DNA of 63,979 nucleotides, counting the filler, from Catajapyx aquilonaris (taxonomy: Eukaryota), in the NCBI GenBank assembly GCA_000934665.2. It is 3 parts of 3 records of this genome, joined end to end, with 100 filler letters (N's around TTAATTAATTAA, not from the genome) between each part and the next. Parts side by side here need not be neighbours in the genome. Positions count along the whole stretch, not along the records: positions 42,911 to 63,979 come from KZ539484.1; 2 more parts are not named here. One strand, 5' to 3'. This document shows, piece after piece, positions 50,598 to 63,640 of the stretch (positions are counted from its first letter, which is position 1; each line of letters opens with the position of its first letter). A program made the position numbers and the translations under genes. The notes beneath the pieces were generated by a model. That model made no database searches, was not told the DNA's origin, and was given only the letters and a program-made list of their open reading frames with translations.

Positions 50598-51429
50598 CTG
50601 TCAAGACAGCATTATTACATTAGATCAACACTTGTTGACATATCGTAAATCTTACAAATGACAGCCAAGTTGCATCAGGTGTAAAAATCTGACTCCATGC
50701 TTAGGAACAACTGACATCAATTTCACAGTTTGAATAACAAAACAGATAATACCGAAAACATTGGCACAGAAATGCCCGGAAGGAAAGTTCTGCAGCTAGT
50801 AAATTGCTGAGTACCTGCAATGTCAGCTGATCAATTTTTTACTTTCACTGCAAGGTCAACATGCAAAATTAAGAGCTACTGCTGATTAATATCCAGTCCG
50901 TTATGCACAACACCATGAGAACACCTGCCCTGTATCAGCAGCAATAAAAAGTGAGAAGCACGAATACCCATAATAAATATTTTAAGCGAATGTGAAAAGA
51001 TGCCACAATGTTTACTTGACTAGACTTTAAGTGAGAGTTGACGAGGGCGTGTCCTGCACTAATAAAAATTCACTAGGGTAAGTGGAACCTTCCACATTCG
51101 AGGCACCCCCTTTGAAGCTAGCCGCAAGCTGGCAACAGAGTAGGGAAGCCCTCAGGAGTACCTTTGCATGGCTAAATGAGATGGCTGAAAATACAGTGAA
51201 CGCCCATGCAAGCACCCAAGGGATATTGGATTAGTTTATGGCAGCTTTTAAGGACGTTGCATAGATACCATCTTAATGCAGGACCCTATTTCGGGGGGGG
51301 GCAGGCTACAAACAAGCAGTCTCCTGAACATAAAACATGTTGCTGCAAGTGTCATGATGCAATTTGTGTGCACCACCCCCAACGTACAGTGCTCAAATAA
51401 AGGGCAGTTTATTCGTCTGCGTCACTCAC

Positions 51430-51671
51430 CTGTACCTATCCTCGTCTGATGAGGCGAGTTGGTGCTCAAGCCTGCCCAGCAGGTACCTGGTGGAGCCATC
51501 CTTCCAGCTGGCCAGGCAGACTAGCTCCTCCACAGTGGACTCTGACTTCTGGACGTCCGGACAGGCCTGGTACCGCAACAGAAGCCGCGAGTCCTGTGTG
51601 CATTGATCCACTCGAGACACAGGATTTCGACATTCCCCATAACCCCTGCTGTACGTGAATGTATAAGGTCC
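51430..51671 (-). CDS. unknown Cys-rich protein, exon 4
   Basis: TTGCAG|...AG|GTGAGT; GPYTFTYSRGYGECRNPVS...EDRYR. Confidence 0.9.
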
Positions 51672-53184
51672 CTGCAAAAATAAAATGAGAGAGTGTTGGA
51701 CCCAGGTCTTTCAATGCCCACTGCGGGTGCTGTGAATCGTGTCACAGTGGCCAAACTTTTCTGCATCAAGAAGCACATTTTCTTTCCTTCATTTCCTTGT
51801 CCTTATTGTTGATATGAGTTTGTCTTGGCAGCTATGAAAAGTACCATTATTTAATTTAAAAGGGAACAGTTTCATCACTCCACAAATTCGTTTAATTAAA
51901 TGCTTCCCAGGAGCATCTTTCAGGGACTCATAACTGAAACTTGACCATTACGGAAATTTTGTCTGGTACCAACGAAAGATTTTCTATGCACTTGTTGCTT
52001 GTATAGGAAACTTGATCAATGTGTAACAATTTTGTGGAAAGAAACAATGCCACTAGCGACACGCTTCATTATAAGTGCACGACTTAGTGAACTTGTCAGT
52101 TTAAATATTCCTCAATGAAATTCATATCAAACTTGAAAAACTCATTACTGCTGCTCTGTTCGGGAACCAAATATCAGATTCCAAATAAACATTCCTTGCA
52201 AGGAGTGTCGCGTCTTGGAACAGTACTCTTTAATCAATATTCTCTTTTTATCTTCTTAAATCCGTCACAGTAGCATTCGGCTTAATACTGCAGCGTAAAA
52301 ATGTAACACATTTAAGTCAAGTAACTAGAATCTACAGGGCAATGGCAATGCTACACACTAACAAGCAGTTTTTACAACCACGATGGTATTACTTTTGGGC
52401 AATTGGCGGTAACCAGCACGTAAGCAAGCTTTGGGAGCAAATAACAACATTTGACCTTCCAGATTTACGTTCAAGCGTTCAGGAATGTCTTTCAGTACTT
52501 TGAAAATCTCCAATTAAGAATTTTGAACATTTTGCATAAGATTTTCCATTGCGTTTATACATCTGGAGGCCTAAACTGTTCAAAGTGATTTCTACTAAGG
52601 TCCAAATTGATTTGAGAAGCATTAGTCGCTGCTATCAGCATTAATAGTCACATGTTACAGCTAGACAAACTTTATTACATTCTACAGGCTGTTAGGACTG
52701 CCCTCTTTCATGAAACTGGCAACGTCAGGCACGAAGCTACAGTCAAAGTAGTGGCTAGACCTTCAATCCAGCAGAGTGCAAAGTAATTGCAGCATTGACT
52801 CGCAGCACAGGAAGAAGGCATGTATCAAGTGCCTGAACTTACTTTAACTGGATCATGATATGGCAGCACCTCACTGTCTCTCAAGCTTACAACGTGCTAA
52901 CAGTTAATTCAACCAACTCGACATATAGCTAATCCCGGCTCCATTGTGCATCAAGTTGCTCCCGCAACTTTCCAACACCGATTCAGTCTGCCAAACAAGT
53001 CCGTCCATACCCAACCTTAATTCTGCAACAGAACAAAATGAACCTGAATGCTTATTGCAATTCCTGTTGTAGAACGAACTTTTGCTTGGTACATTGTTCT
53101 AGTTACCGCATTTGATCTCATAATTAAATATTAACATTGGAAGTTTACCCCCCTCATTCATCTATGTTTTACTGTGAGCCATAC

Positions 53185-53297
53185 CTTGAAGGGACAGGCA
53201 ACCGGCTCTGCTCCAAGCCTAAACATAGAGTAGAGTAGTGCGTCGCCAGGGATGGTGGCACACAGGGCATCCAAAGGGGCAGGCTGCTCGCACAAAC
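53185..53297 (-). CDS. unknown Cys-rich protein, exon 3
   Basis: TGCAG|...AAG|GTATGG; LCEQPAPLDALCATIPGDALLYSMFRLGAEPVACPFK. Confidence 0.88.
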
Positions 53298-53558
53298 CTG
53301 CACAGGAAGGATGGGGGAGAGAGAGAAAAAAAATTTGTGTTGAGCAGTCCCCTGACCCCATTCACTTGACAGCTTCCAACACACCCCCTCCCCACACACT
53401 CCCTTCTCATCTGCACCTCCTCTCCCTGGGCTGTCAGCAGCCTCATCATTAGACTTGTGTAAGAAAAGGGGAAGGCACATGTGGAGCTGACAAGCAAAGG
53501 GGGAGCCTAATCCATCAAGAGTGCTGACAGCTCCGGGTGTAATGTGAGATGTACTCAC

Positions 53559-53626
53559 TCTCCTTGTACTGCAGGACGTTGTGATGCTTCTCGTAGATGA
53601 CCACGCACCGGTAACACACATAGTTT
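53559..53626 (-). CDS. unknown Cys-rich protein, exon 2
   Basis: CCGCAG|...A|GTGAGT; NYVCYRCVVIYEKHHNVLQYKE. Confidence 0.88.
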
Positions 53627-56600
53627 CTGCGGAGGAAAAAAATCAGGCACTGTTAGTTAAGCAGGCGATAAAATTAATCAAAAAATTAACCAGCAATTGA
53701 GGTGTTGACATGGGAAAAGGGTATTATTATCCTATTTGGGAATTTATTACAAAAAAAGCTTTCTTATTGTTGGATTTTGTTACAGAAAGTCATGAAAAAT
53801 CAAGCTATAAACTGCTTTGATTTTTCATGGCTTTCTGTAACAAAAGCCAACAATAAGCAAGCTTTTTTTTGTAATAAAATCTGATTCACAGCTTTTTTTC
53901 TCTAGTCCCTGTAAGATTTTTTTTGTTTAAATAACTTATGTCCTTTCCCAAATTTAAATGTAGGATCTATTTTTTTCTTTCTGAGGCACATTTCTATTTG
54001 TGACTTATGTCAACACCTCAATGGTTATCCAGATTGCTACAGTCTATGTACACTTGTTTAATGTGCAATTGTAGTTTTCGAGATTATTTTCGTCATACAG
54101 TGTAAACATATTAAAATAGTTTCGCTGTGTCATCATATTGCATCAGCATCCCTTCAATATGATCCATTCCTGGTAGCTATATACTGTCATGGGGCTTATA
54201 TAAACCATGACCATTAGGAGTGTCAGTGTTACCTACCAAGCAAGAACCAAGCCTTCAAGCTATAATTAGGAAATGTCGTGTGCAATTGCAGTGTACGTGC
54301 ATTGGCTTTTTTACTACCACCCCTCCAAGCAATATGCAGGATCTCATGGGGAAGTAAACAAGATCAATCTCCCAGGCATTTTTCTGTCCATGGGTTCCAG
54401 TGTCACCCAAGGAAGAGAGAAATAACCTGTTTATCACCCAGCCCCGAGGACAATGCAGCAAATTGGGGGTATAGAATGAATGAATAACAAGGTGGGTGGG
54501 TGGGCTAGTGGTCTTTTTTTTTTTCTTTTTTTTTGGATGGGGGGGATTGTAAGGTAGAGTTTAGTGGCAATCACTTAGGCAACCTCGCCTTTGCTTCCCC
54601 GACCCCAACCCCTATTCCCCTTACCCCCAAAATCCATCCAGAGCCGCATCGAGCGGGCCCACCCCCCACCATACCCTCCTCTAGCCCACCCATCCCCATG
54701 CCCCTACCACCCAACCCAACCCCCCCCTTCCAAACAGACACGGTGTTGCCACTTCAAAACCTTTGCAAATTGCCATGTCTTCACACACACAGCACAATAT
54801 ACAGACAAACAACAGCCCACCAAACTTGCAATTATCCAGAGTGCACAATTGGGCATTAAATATTCAAACCATCTGTTGGTTTTTTTTTAAAGAGAAAAAA
54901 AAAAACTATCATGTATATATACACACAAGACTTATTTATTCCGGCGAGAGGCTGGGGGAGGCTGCTCCTAATTAACGTGAAACGAGGTTAATTAGTCACC
55001 CTGCACATTCCAGTGCAGTGAATAGTGGTCTGAACCAGCAGATAGTGGCCACTCGATCCCCCAGCTATTCTAATTTCCTTGAGCTTGTGTCACCTCCTTT
55101 TTTTCTCTCTCTCTCTCTCTCTCTAGCTCTCTCATTCCATGTGATGACACTTCAGCAATTTTTTTTTTTCCTCCTCCTTTTTTCCTCACTCTGGCTTCAT
55201 CCCCAGCCTCCTTTTCAGCGCATTTTATGACCCTGTCGCCAACCTCACATCATTGCCTTGTCCCTTGTTTGCTTGCCTGCCTCTTTTTTTATATACATAT
55301 ATACACCAGTCCCCCACCATCAGTGATTTTCACCCCAGACTGCACACCATTTTAAAAACATCTGACAGCATCTGTATTCGCATTAAAGGCATATGCAAAG
55401 TACTGGAATGCGCTTGCAAGAAAGCAAGCGACACACTGCAATTTTCATTTAGATGCAGATTTCTGCTTTTAAAAAACAACTGGATTATTTTGTCAAATGT
55501 GAACGGCTCATTAGCAACCAGACTGGCTGCCGCACTACAATCATTGCACTTATCCGTACAGCAGCAGGGCATTAGCGGCTGCCACTATCAGCGGCTGCCA
55601 CATTTTTGTGGAAGCTACAGGAGGTTTAACGACAAGCAGTTCATATCAGCAATTCTAGCAATACCATAACCAATGCACAAAATCACACAATTAATTACGG
55701 CCACAAATCGCATTTGCAATCTGCTGACAATACTTTTCTACAAGGATCGCTCTCATTGCAATGGCAGCAAAATGAGCTGTTGAGCGGCTTCCCTTCCACA
55801 CAACTGCTATTCAACATAATTTAATTTGCTGACAGCCACTTGAATAGGCCAGTGTTTCTCCCCAACTTTTTTTTTTTTTATTGAACCCAACTTTGGAGGG
55901 GAACAAAAAAAATTATTCCTGTGACCTACATAAGGCCACTTATCTCCCTAACAAATTGTTATTTGCCAATAAAATGCCAATAAAAAATATGAATCTTTTA
56001 TCAGGACACAGCCCACCTGCAAGTCGTGGGCTGCACTTTCAGAACCACTGGAATAGGGTAACCCATTTTGGCAAAAAAAAAAAATTAAAGTAAACAGTTT
56101 GGCCTAGCTAGTCAACAATCACAAATATCTCAGCACAATTTGTAACATGTTTCAAAAAAAATTAATGGCACGAAACTGTCCTTGCCAACTGCTCAAATCC
56201 TACATTAAATCCTGGTGTTGATGAACGTTGTTCCTTCAAACTTCTCAAATCGGTCCCTATCAACAACTAGCACTTAACCTATACCCAAGGATAATTTCAT
56301 TTCCTGTTTTGTCAACATTCAATCAGCAGCAAATTCATACCTGCCTCAAGATTGATCAAGACGGATCGTACCGAAATATAAGCCAATATTTCCCTCGAAG
56401 CAATGATTTGAAAATGATATTTGATTCAAACGAGACCCTCGCCAGTAGCGCAACATTTCTCCAAGAAATCGACCTTATCAACCTTATCAGACGACGAATT
56501 TACAGTGAATTTACGCAACACAAGGCTAATTTAAAATATGGATTAAATACCAAAAGAGGAGTCATACTGGTACTAAATTTTGTCCAGTGATCACTAATGA

Positions 56601-56697
56601 ATCAAATTGTTTCGTCAATTGTTGGTCAATTCTTCTTCTCTCCCCATTTTTCAATAAATCGATTATCTGTACATGATTACACAAAGTTTGAACTGAC

Positions 56698-56918
56698 CTG
56701 TCCCCGTCCTGGAAGAGGTACTTGTCTCCCTCTGCCTCCAGACAGCTTCCCTTGGAGTCTATGGTGCTTGCGTTGACAACCACCGGCTGGGGGATCCCCG
56801 ACTGGAACCACCTCCCCCGCCAACTCTCAGGGAAGCGGCAGCCACCACCACTGGCCACATCAGATGACATCAGGCCAAGCAACACACCAAACAGTGCGGC
56901 TGCACTTCCAGGCCTCAT
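56698..56918 (-). CDS. conserved Cys-rich secreted protein of unknown function (678 aa), coding exon 1 of 8
   Basis: Signal peptide MRPGSAAALFGVLLGLMSSDVASG, then CRFPESWRGRWFQSG; donor AG|GTCAGT, phase 2; resembles the DUF7042-7045/PTHR22255 family (from memory). Confidence 0.88.
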
Positions 56919-57814
56919 CTTTAAGCTGTAGGAAAAGTGAAACAAGAGTGGTATGTTAACAGAGGAGCACAGAGTGAATGTCCAACCCATAAGCAAATGC
57001 AATCTTTGGCCAAGTGCAAAGTGCAGCGATAAAACACCTCAGGTTTCATCCAATACCCAGTAGTGGGAGGATGACACACCGCAATTTCATGTTAAGCCAA
57101 GATAAGCTGACAAGAAATGATTCACACTGTCCCCCAACAGCATTGCATGTTTTGGAGGAACTTGTTATCTGACATGTGCCAAACATATACCTTGGTGCTT
57201 AGACTGCAATGTGAACTAGGCCGCATTATTACAATGGTCATTTAACCAATTGCTTGCTATGCAATAATCTAAAGATAGTACGCCAATGCCAACGAAGATC
57301 ACAGTAACCAGTTGACGGCACCACTAAATGCTGCCTTTCACAGGTCAGTGACTCATGTGATCATGGAAGGTTATTTTTTACATTTTAAATATGACAGCAA
57401 CAAAGGGTTACACTAAAATTCACTACAGGATAAAAGCAATTTCTCCCCCCCAGAAGATCCCCATGAAAACATCAAAAATCATCATCACAACCCACATTCC
57501 AGGGGTGGAAGCTACTGCTAATACGATCTATGCTGCTGTCATAATGTACAGCTCTGAGATGACTGTGCCAGCAATTTAGCACCATTAAAACATTCCCTGG
57601 TTGAATAAATATTAGCTTCCTTTGAAATGCTCTCATGTAAACTACTCTTAAGCGGCATAATTGCAGAAATGTCTTGTTTGACCATGTCATACTTTGCAGT
57701 AAATTCTTACAAACTTGCAGCTGTTCTAATGTCAGCTCTGCAACTGTCACTGTTTTTCAGTGCAGCCCACCAGACTCACAGCGTACAAACCGCAAAACAT
57801 TTTAAAAACTTTAT

Positions 57815-57938
57815 TAACTGCAAAAGTAATGTCGCACTGTTAGGCATGGGTGTTGCGGAGTTATGAATATTAATTTGGCAATATTCCGACACGGCGTGGA
57901 CGCCATCGCAGAACAGTGCGACGTTACTTTTGCGGTTA
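57815..57938. mobile_element. short mariner-like MITE
   Basis: GCAAAAGTAATGTCGCACTGTT...AACAGTGCGACGTTACTTTTGC; same TIR as 61066-62866. Confidence 0.65.
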
Positions 57939-58249
57939 CACAGTGTACTGTTGCGGACAATTGATTTTTCCCATTGCCTACTGCCAACATGTAAAGTTGA
58001 CACAAATGGCCCAGCATCACTTGACAGTTCCCCCCAAAAAACGTGTCAGTGTGGCAACATAGCAAGTGAGCCCCCCCNNNNNNNNNNNNNNNNNNNNNNN
58101 NNNNNNNNNNNNNTCCCCACCTCTCTCTCTCTCTCTCCTAATATAAAAGGAGAGAGACTCCACCCTCTTGTTATTATTCCTGCCCACCCTTTGCCCCCTT
58201 AGCCTTAGTTGCAATGTAAGGTACAGACCCGAGTCCATATCCCCCCGAT

Positions 58250-58820
58250 GCGAGTACCACAGCCGGATTAAAACCACCCCTCGAACACAGTAAGCTCGAC
58301 ACCGCCAGTGACGTCAGACCCGTCAAAGATGGCGCCTCGGTCGACGGTCGAACCCTCCCTCCCTCTCGACGGATCGATCGTCGAGAGGATACACACACAC
58401 ACACACACTCTCCCCCCCACACACATCCCCACTGGAGGACCCCACCCCAATATAAATATGTTCTGGAAACAGGAACTTACATGATGGGCATATCCCGCAC
58501 ACTCTTTTTGCAGTTCTTATTCCAGTTCGAACCACTGCTCCTCTGCGGCCATCCTCCTCAGGCGTTCGATCGGGGTGGGGAGCACTTTAACCGGGTGGGG
58601 GCATGGCGCCTTGTAGGGGGGGATTGGGTTGGAGGCGAGGGTGTTTGGCCCCGGGGCGGATCCGGGTGTAGTTCGGGGGGGGGTATTGGAGCGGGAGAGG
58701 GACCCGTCCGCACCTCACTGGACCCGACCGGCGACTGAGGCGATCCTAGCGGTTCTGCGCAGGTGGGATTGCGCATGGTGCTGCCATCTGGCGGGATTAA
58801 AACAGGTGGCGCCAACATTC
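58250..58820. promoter_or_regulatory. CpG-rich promoter region, probably of the 678-aa gene
   Basis: CRE GTGACGTCA 58308, YY1 AAGATGGCG 58326, TGCGCA motifs 58756-58775; candidate minus-strand donor CAT|GTAAGT at 58480. Confidence 0.5.
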
Positions 58821-59264
58821 GAAATTCAACACGCCTGCTCAAATTCAATATTAAAGATGATTACAAAGAGTGTACTGGTTGCAGTGGTTTTATTATCCAA
58901 TAATTATTCCATGGCTTTTCCCCCCCCCCCCGGTTACAGGGTACTGATTTCCACGGTCCCTTCAAGTGGACTGTATAGCGAAAAAATTGTTCAGTGCAAA
59001 AGAACAGTGTCTCGTAATATAAACAGGTTTTCCAGCATCCTTCTCAGGACTTTTCCTGAGACTATACTTGGAGTTTGGAAACTGCGAAGTGAATACATCA
59101 TTTGAACAACATTTAGGAAGATGTGTACAGACAAGTACATGTGAGATGCATTGCTGTTAATAACAATAACCAACTATTAAGTTTGTAAATGATTCGGCTG
59201 ATCTTTCCTAGATGACAAAGTGGCAGGAGTCAGAGTGGAGGCAGTTCAGAAAGTGTGTCTAAAT

Positions 59265-59360
59265 GGCTTGTGTTTCTCCCATGACTCCGAAGAGCTATGC
59301 CGGTGGTAGCTTCGTCTACTGGCAGGGCCTCCCAAGTCGGACAGGTCTTTCGGGTAGGAT
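59265..59360 (+). mobile_element. RTE/BovB-like LINE 5'-end fragment
   Basis: GGCTTG...GAGCTATGCCGG...AGGGCCTCCCAAGTCGGACAGGTC; related copy at 61601-61742 on the minus strand. Confidence 0.55.
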
Positions 59361-59905
59361 CTGTCCCACCTTTGTTGTCTTCTATAGCCAGATAGTTGCT
59401 TCTTCCTAATCAAACATGTCGCTCTCAGAACTGTCCTGTGCCTCCACTCCAACTCCCGCCACTTCGTTACATAGGAAAGATCATCCTTTCATATCAGCCC
59501 TGGACACTATTGACACCCAGAACAGATTACAGAGGGTATCAAGGAACACTTAGTGGCATTTTGTTAATATTCCTTCACAGTGGGCTGCTGTAGGGGGCGA
59601 GCTCTACAAATCTTCATCTATCAAAAACATTCGGTTCCATGAGACATTCCATCTGTTGCAGAACTTCTGATGCTGCTCCTCAACATTAAGAGTGGAGTAA
59701 ATCAATTTCGAAGTACTGTGCATCTCATTCCAAATCACTTTTCAATTATTGCTGGTGATCTTGACATACTGAATGTACTGACTGGTTGCATCAACATGTA
59801 ATAAACAGGAGCAATACTGCCCAAAACACAAATATGAGGATGCAGGACAGCATTGACTAGACTCCTACAACTCTCCTTTATTCGACTAAATTGGAGCCAT
59901 TTAAT

Positions 59906-60188
59906 CTACTTCTCTGCGCCTTTGACTGGCTCAGGCTTCAGTTCCGAGCCCTGAGCATGAGCCTCTGATGATATCGTCACCTGAGACTCATACCTCCATC
60001 TCCACCAGGCAACCTTCATCCTGTCCCAAATGTTACCAAGGGAGTCCATCGCAGGCCTCACATCCAGGAGGGTGAATTCATAAGTGTCGGTATCAACATG
60101 ACCACCATCATAGTAGTCAATCACGTAGCGAACATCCTTGCCACAGCGATCTACCACCCAGTCATGCCGATCAAATGGAAGTTCATAC
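59906..60188 (-). CDS. HCCS: HCCS exon 4 (terminal)
   Basis: [16 protein letters not shown]...[10 protein letters not shown]...LDVRPA; total 831 nt, 276 aa; AATAAA at 59882-59877. Confidence 0.96.
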
Positions 60189-60254
60189 CTACATAGGTAA
60201 GGATGGAAAAAATTAAACTCAAGCTCTAATGCGTACTAACGCAGCGCAACTCAC

Positions 60255-60509
60255 CCCATCCAGTGCCTTATCCTTGCTCTCGGGGAGTACTCGGCGGCCT
60301 TTCCACTGAAGCTTTTAAGTGATGGGCAGTCACACTCCCGTGCATGCAGGGCCTCCCACTTGAGCACCTCTCTCCAGGCCAGCTCGTTGTTGGCGTTATG
60401 CATCTTGATGATGTGGTCCATCTCTTTGGGGCTGATATCCGACTCCTTCCATCTCCAGCCCTTCCTCAGCATGGCATTCCAGAACATTTGCTGGGAAGGA
60501 TAAACCCAC
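60255..60509 (-). CDS. HCCS: HCCS exon 3
   Basis: [18 protein letters not shown]...[16 protein letters not shown]...[11 protein letters not shown]. Confidence 0.96.
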
Positions 60510-60573
60510 CTGGCCGGGAATAAAAATTTTGATGAGTTCTAATGTCATTCCAAGTAATACATGAAAATCCCAC

Positions 60574-60803
60574 CTCTCTCCCTCTGCCCCCCCGGCCTTT
60601 GGGATGCCTGAAACGACACGACCCGTGTCTAGTGGAAACGGCTGGCCAGGAGACGGCTGCTGGTTGGGTGCCTCCATCATATTGCGTGGATCCAGCGTTG
60701 ACCCCGATGGCACATTTTTCATCGGGCAGCCCACAGGCGGCTCCGACTCTGAACAACCGCCACAGCTTCCACCAGCTTCTTGCGGTACAGGCTGTGCAGG
60801 TGC
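60574..60803 (-). CDS. HCCS: HCCS exon 2
   Basis: TTTTAG|; ...GCPMK...LDPRNMMEAPNQQPSPGQPFPLDTGRVVSGIPKA. Confidence 0.92.
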
Positions 60804-61065
60804 CTAAAAAGTGTTGTAACGTTCAGAATGTACCGGCATATTCAATGTAAATTTAAGCATACAGTTTGCTGCATTGAAGTACAGTGTAAAGGCCATTTCA
60901 CAAAAAAAAAACGCGCGGCAAACGGCGTACGTTGCGGCATATTTATTATTTATATTTATTATTGCCAACATTAATAATAATTGGCGGGGCAGGCGTTTGC
61001 CGCTTGACGCTTCCGCAAAATCTTTTCATGTTTTGGCCTTAAGTAGTGTAAGTATAGAACATGTA

Positions 61066-62866
61066 CTAATAACCGCAAAAGTAATGTCGCACTGTTATGA
61101 TTGTGGTGGCATCCCCGACTTGTTGTTTAGCATTGGTTGAATATTTAGGAATATTGCAAAATTGGCCATTTTCCTGTACTGAGACCTTTGGCAGTTTCAA
61201 CTCTCCACAATCCAATATGGCAGAGAAATTAGTGCTGGGCTGCTCGGAGGCCTATCTTTTACATGTGTTTTCGGCAGTTTTTTGATGGCCAGGACTTGTT
61301 AATTACAAGGTGTCTCTGGGCAAAGTGGGTGGGGGCTAGTTGGGGGCCCTTCAGGCGGCTTGAATGCACTTTAGCCCCCCCAAAATATTGCAGCTTTCTA
61401 TACATTTCCTGAAGCTCCTCCATGGGCTGATGAGTCGAATGACACTATTCATATGGTGGAGAAACGTGTCGTTAAAGAGTAATTGAATAATGAAATTGCA
61501 AGTAATTAACAATCAAGAAATGAAAATATAAGCAAGTGTTCCATTGTTGAAACTCTTTCTTCGTATTGTTTAAAAAAAGGGATGAAGGACTGGCATTTCT
61601 CTTAGCCAGTCTCCCACCCCAAAGACCTGTCCGACTTGGGTGAGGCCCTACCAGTAGACAAAGCTACCGCCGGCATAGCTCTTTGGGGTCGGGTCCGTCG
61701 GGAGAAACGCAAGCCCACCCTCCCACCACCACGACAAGGTGGAAATGCATCGGGGGGAAGGTGGCCCTTAAAAGGGCCGTTTATAGGTGTCTGGATCACC
61801 TGGAGGTAATGATGAACCTCTCGAAGATGTCAATGACGAAGGCTTCATGATGAACATGGTCTTGGACGAGACGGCGCCTGTGTCCGGGTGGGAGTGACCA
61901 CACCAGCACTGTATGTCTTGTAGCCCTGCAAGGGGATCCTGGACTTTTATACCCCGTCATATTGGCCTCCGTGACAACCGTATTCGCCCCCGGCGTATTT
62001 GCCCCCGTGACATATTCGCCGTGGTGGGCAAAGCCACAATAACGTTCGTTGGCCTGCGGCGCCACAAGACGGACAGTAAACATTGCGGATACAGAAACCC
62101 ACAATAAGCGCCCAGCTCCGCTATCGCTCCACAAAAACTAAAAATATCACGTACGGGCGACGTACCGTGCCTGGCAGGGCCACAGGAATGGACAGTATTG
62201 TTGCAGTAACAAAAAGCCATACAGCATCACCAACACAAAGCGCACCTCCATCCCTCAGTGTGCCGTGGTGGGCCCAAGGGACACCTTCCTCCTTAGTTCG
62301 TGGAGGATTTGCTCGATTCCAGATAGGCACCGCTATGAATGCTACCGAATGATTTTAAAATTTTAAATGGAGCGCCTGCTGCTAAAACCCTTATTCCCCT
62401 GTCTCAAATTAACGAGCAAGAACACAACTGTTTATTATTATCGTATTTCAGGTGACCTCCCAACACGTTTCAGTGGTAACCCTCACGTTACCATGGGGAA
62501 TCCCCAAACCCTCCAAAAGGAGTACACATACGTGGGCCAATCGGAACGTGGCGGTAACAACAATACGGGGGCGGACCAATCAGAGGGCTTATACACACAC
62601 AGCAGGCATTTTAACATTATAGAAGACTAGTGACATTTCGGCTCTTCTTGCATTTTATATGGATGGACATCCACCAGAGGAAGTACAACAAGCCATAAAG
62701 GCATTTCCGTAAAAATTGACAGACGGGCCCTTAGTGCATTGTGGCATTCAATTGTTGTCACGGAGAGTATCCAGCACAGGACGATGTACACCGGCAACTC
62801 CCATGCTAAACAACAAGCCGCACATGCCATCACATAACAGTGCGACATTACTTTTCTGGTCAATAG
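61066..62866. mobile_element. mariner-like non-autonomous element with internal insertions, in HCCS intron 1
   Basis: TA|CTAATAACCGCAAAAGTAATGTCGCACTGTTATG...CATAACAGTGCGACATTACTTTTCTGGTCAATAG|TA. Confidence 0.7.
61601..61742 (-). mobile_element. RTE/BovB-like LINE 5'-end fragment
   Basis: CACCTTGTCGTGGTG...GGCTTGCG...GAGCTATGCCGG...AGGGCCTCACCCAAGTCGGACAGGTC. Confidence 0.6.
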
Positions 62867-62884
62867 TACAGTCTAGTTAGTACG

Positions 62885-63522
62885 TATAGTGTAGTGTAAG
62901 TATTGTGTAAGTATAGTGTAAGTAAAGTAAAGTGTAAGTATCGTGTAAGTAAAGTAGAGTGTAAGTATCGTGTAAGTAAAGTGTAAGTAAAGTAGAGTGT
63001 AAGTATCGTGTAAGTCAAGTGTAAGTAAAGTAGAGTGTAAGTATCGTGTAAGTCAAGTGCAAGTAAAGTAGAGTGTAAGTATCGTGTAAGTAAAGTGTAA
63101 GTAAAGTAGAGTGTAAGTAAAGTAGAGTGTAAGTGAAGTGTAGTGTATGTATAGTGTAAGTAAAGAATTACAGTGTAAGTGTGAAGTATTACAGTGTAAG
63201 TGTAAAGTATTACAGTGTAAGTGTAAAGTATTACAGTGTAAGTAAACTAAAGTATTACAGTGTAAGTGTAAAGTATTACAGTGTAAGTAAACTAAAGTAT
63301 TACAGTGTAAGTGTAAAGTATTACAGTGTAAGTAAACTAAAGTATTACAGTGTAAGTGTAAGTAAAGTATTACAGTAAAGTATTACAGTGTAAGTGTAAG
63401 TAAAGTATTACAGTAAAGTATTACAGTGTAAGTGTAAGTAAAGTATTACAGTAAAGTATTACAGTGTAAGTGTAAGTAAAGTATTACAGTGTAGGTGCAA
63501 GTATAGTGTAAGTGAAGTATAG
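62885..63522. repeat. GTGTAAGTA-based minisatellite in HCCS intron 1
   Basis: Two sub-arrays with mixed unit lengths: GTGTAAGTAAAGTAGA/GTGTAAGTATC, then AAAGTATTACAGTGTAAGT. Confidence 0.9.
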
Positions 63523-63640
63523 AGTACGTATAGCGATGATTCTAATAATAAGTAATGTCCATACAATATTTCGAATGGATGGAACATGTCCTTAAAATGG
63601 TAATTTTCGAACACGTGTTGTCTGCTCTCTTTCAGCTTAC

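Noticed and set aside
63181..63378. KYYSVS repeat ORF
   Set aside because: Translation of the intronic minisatellite
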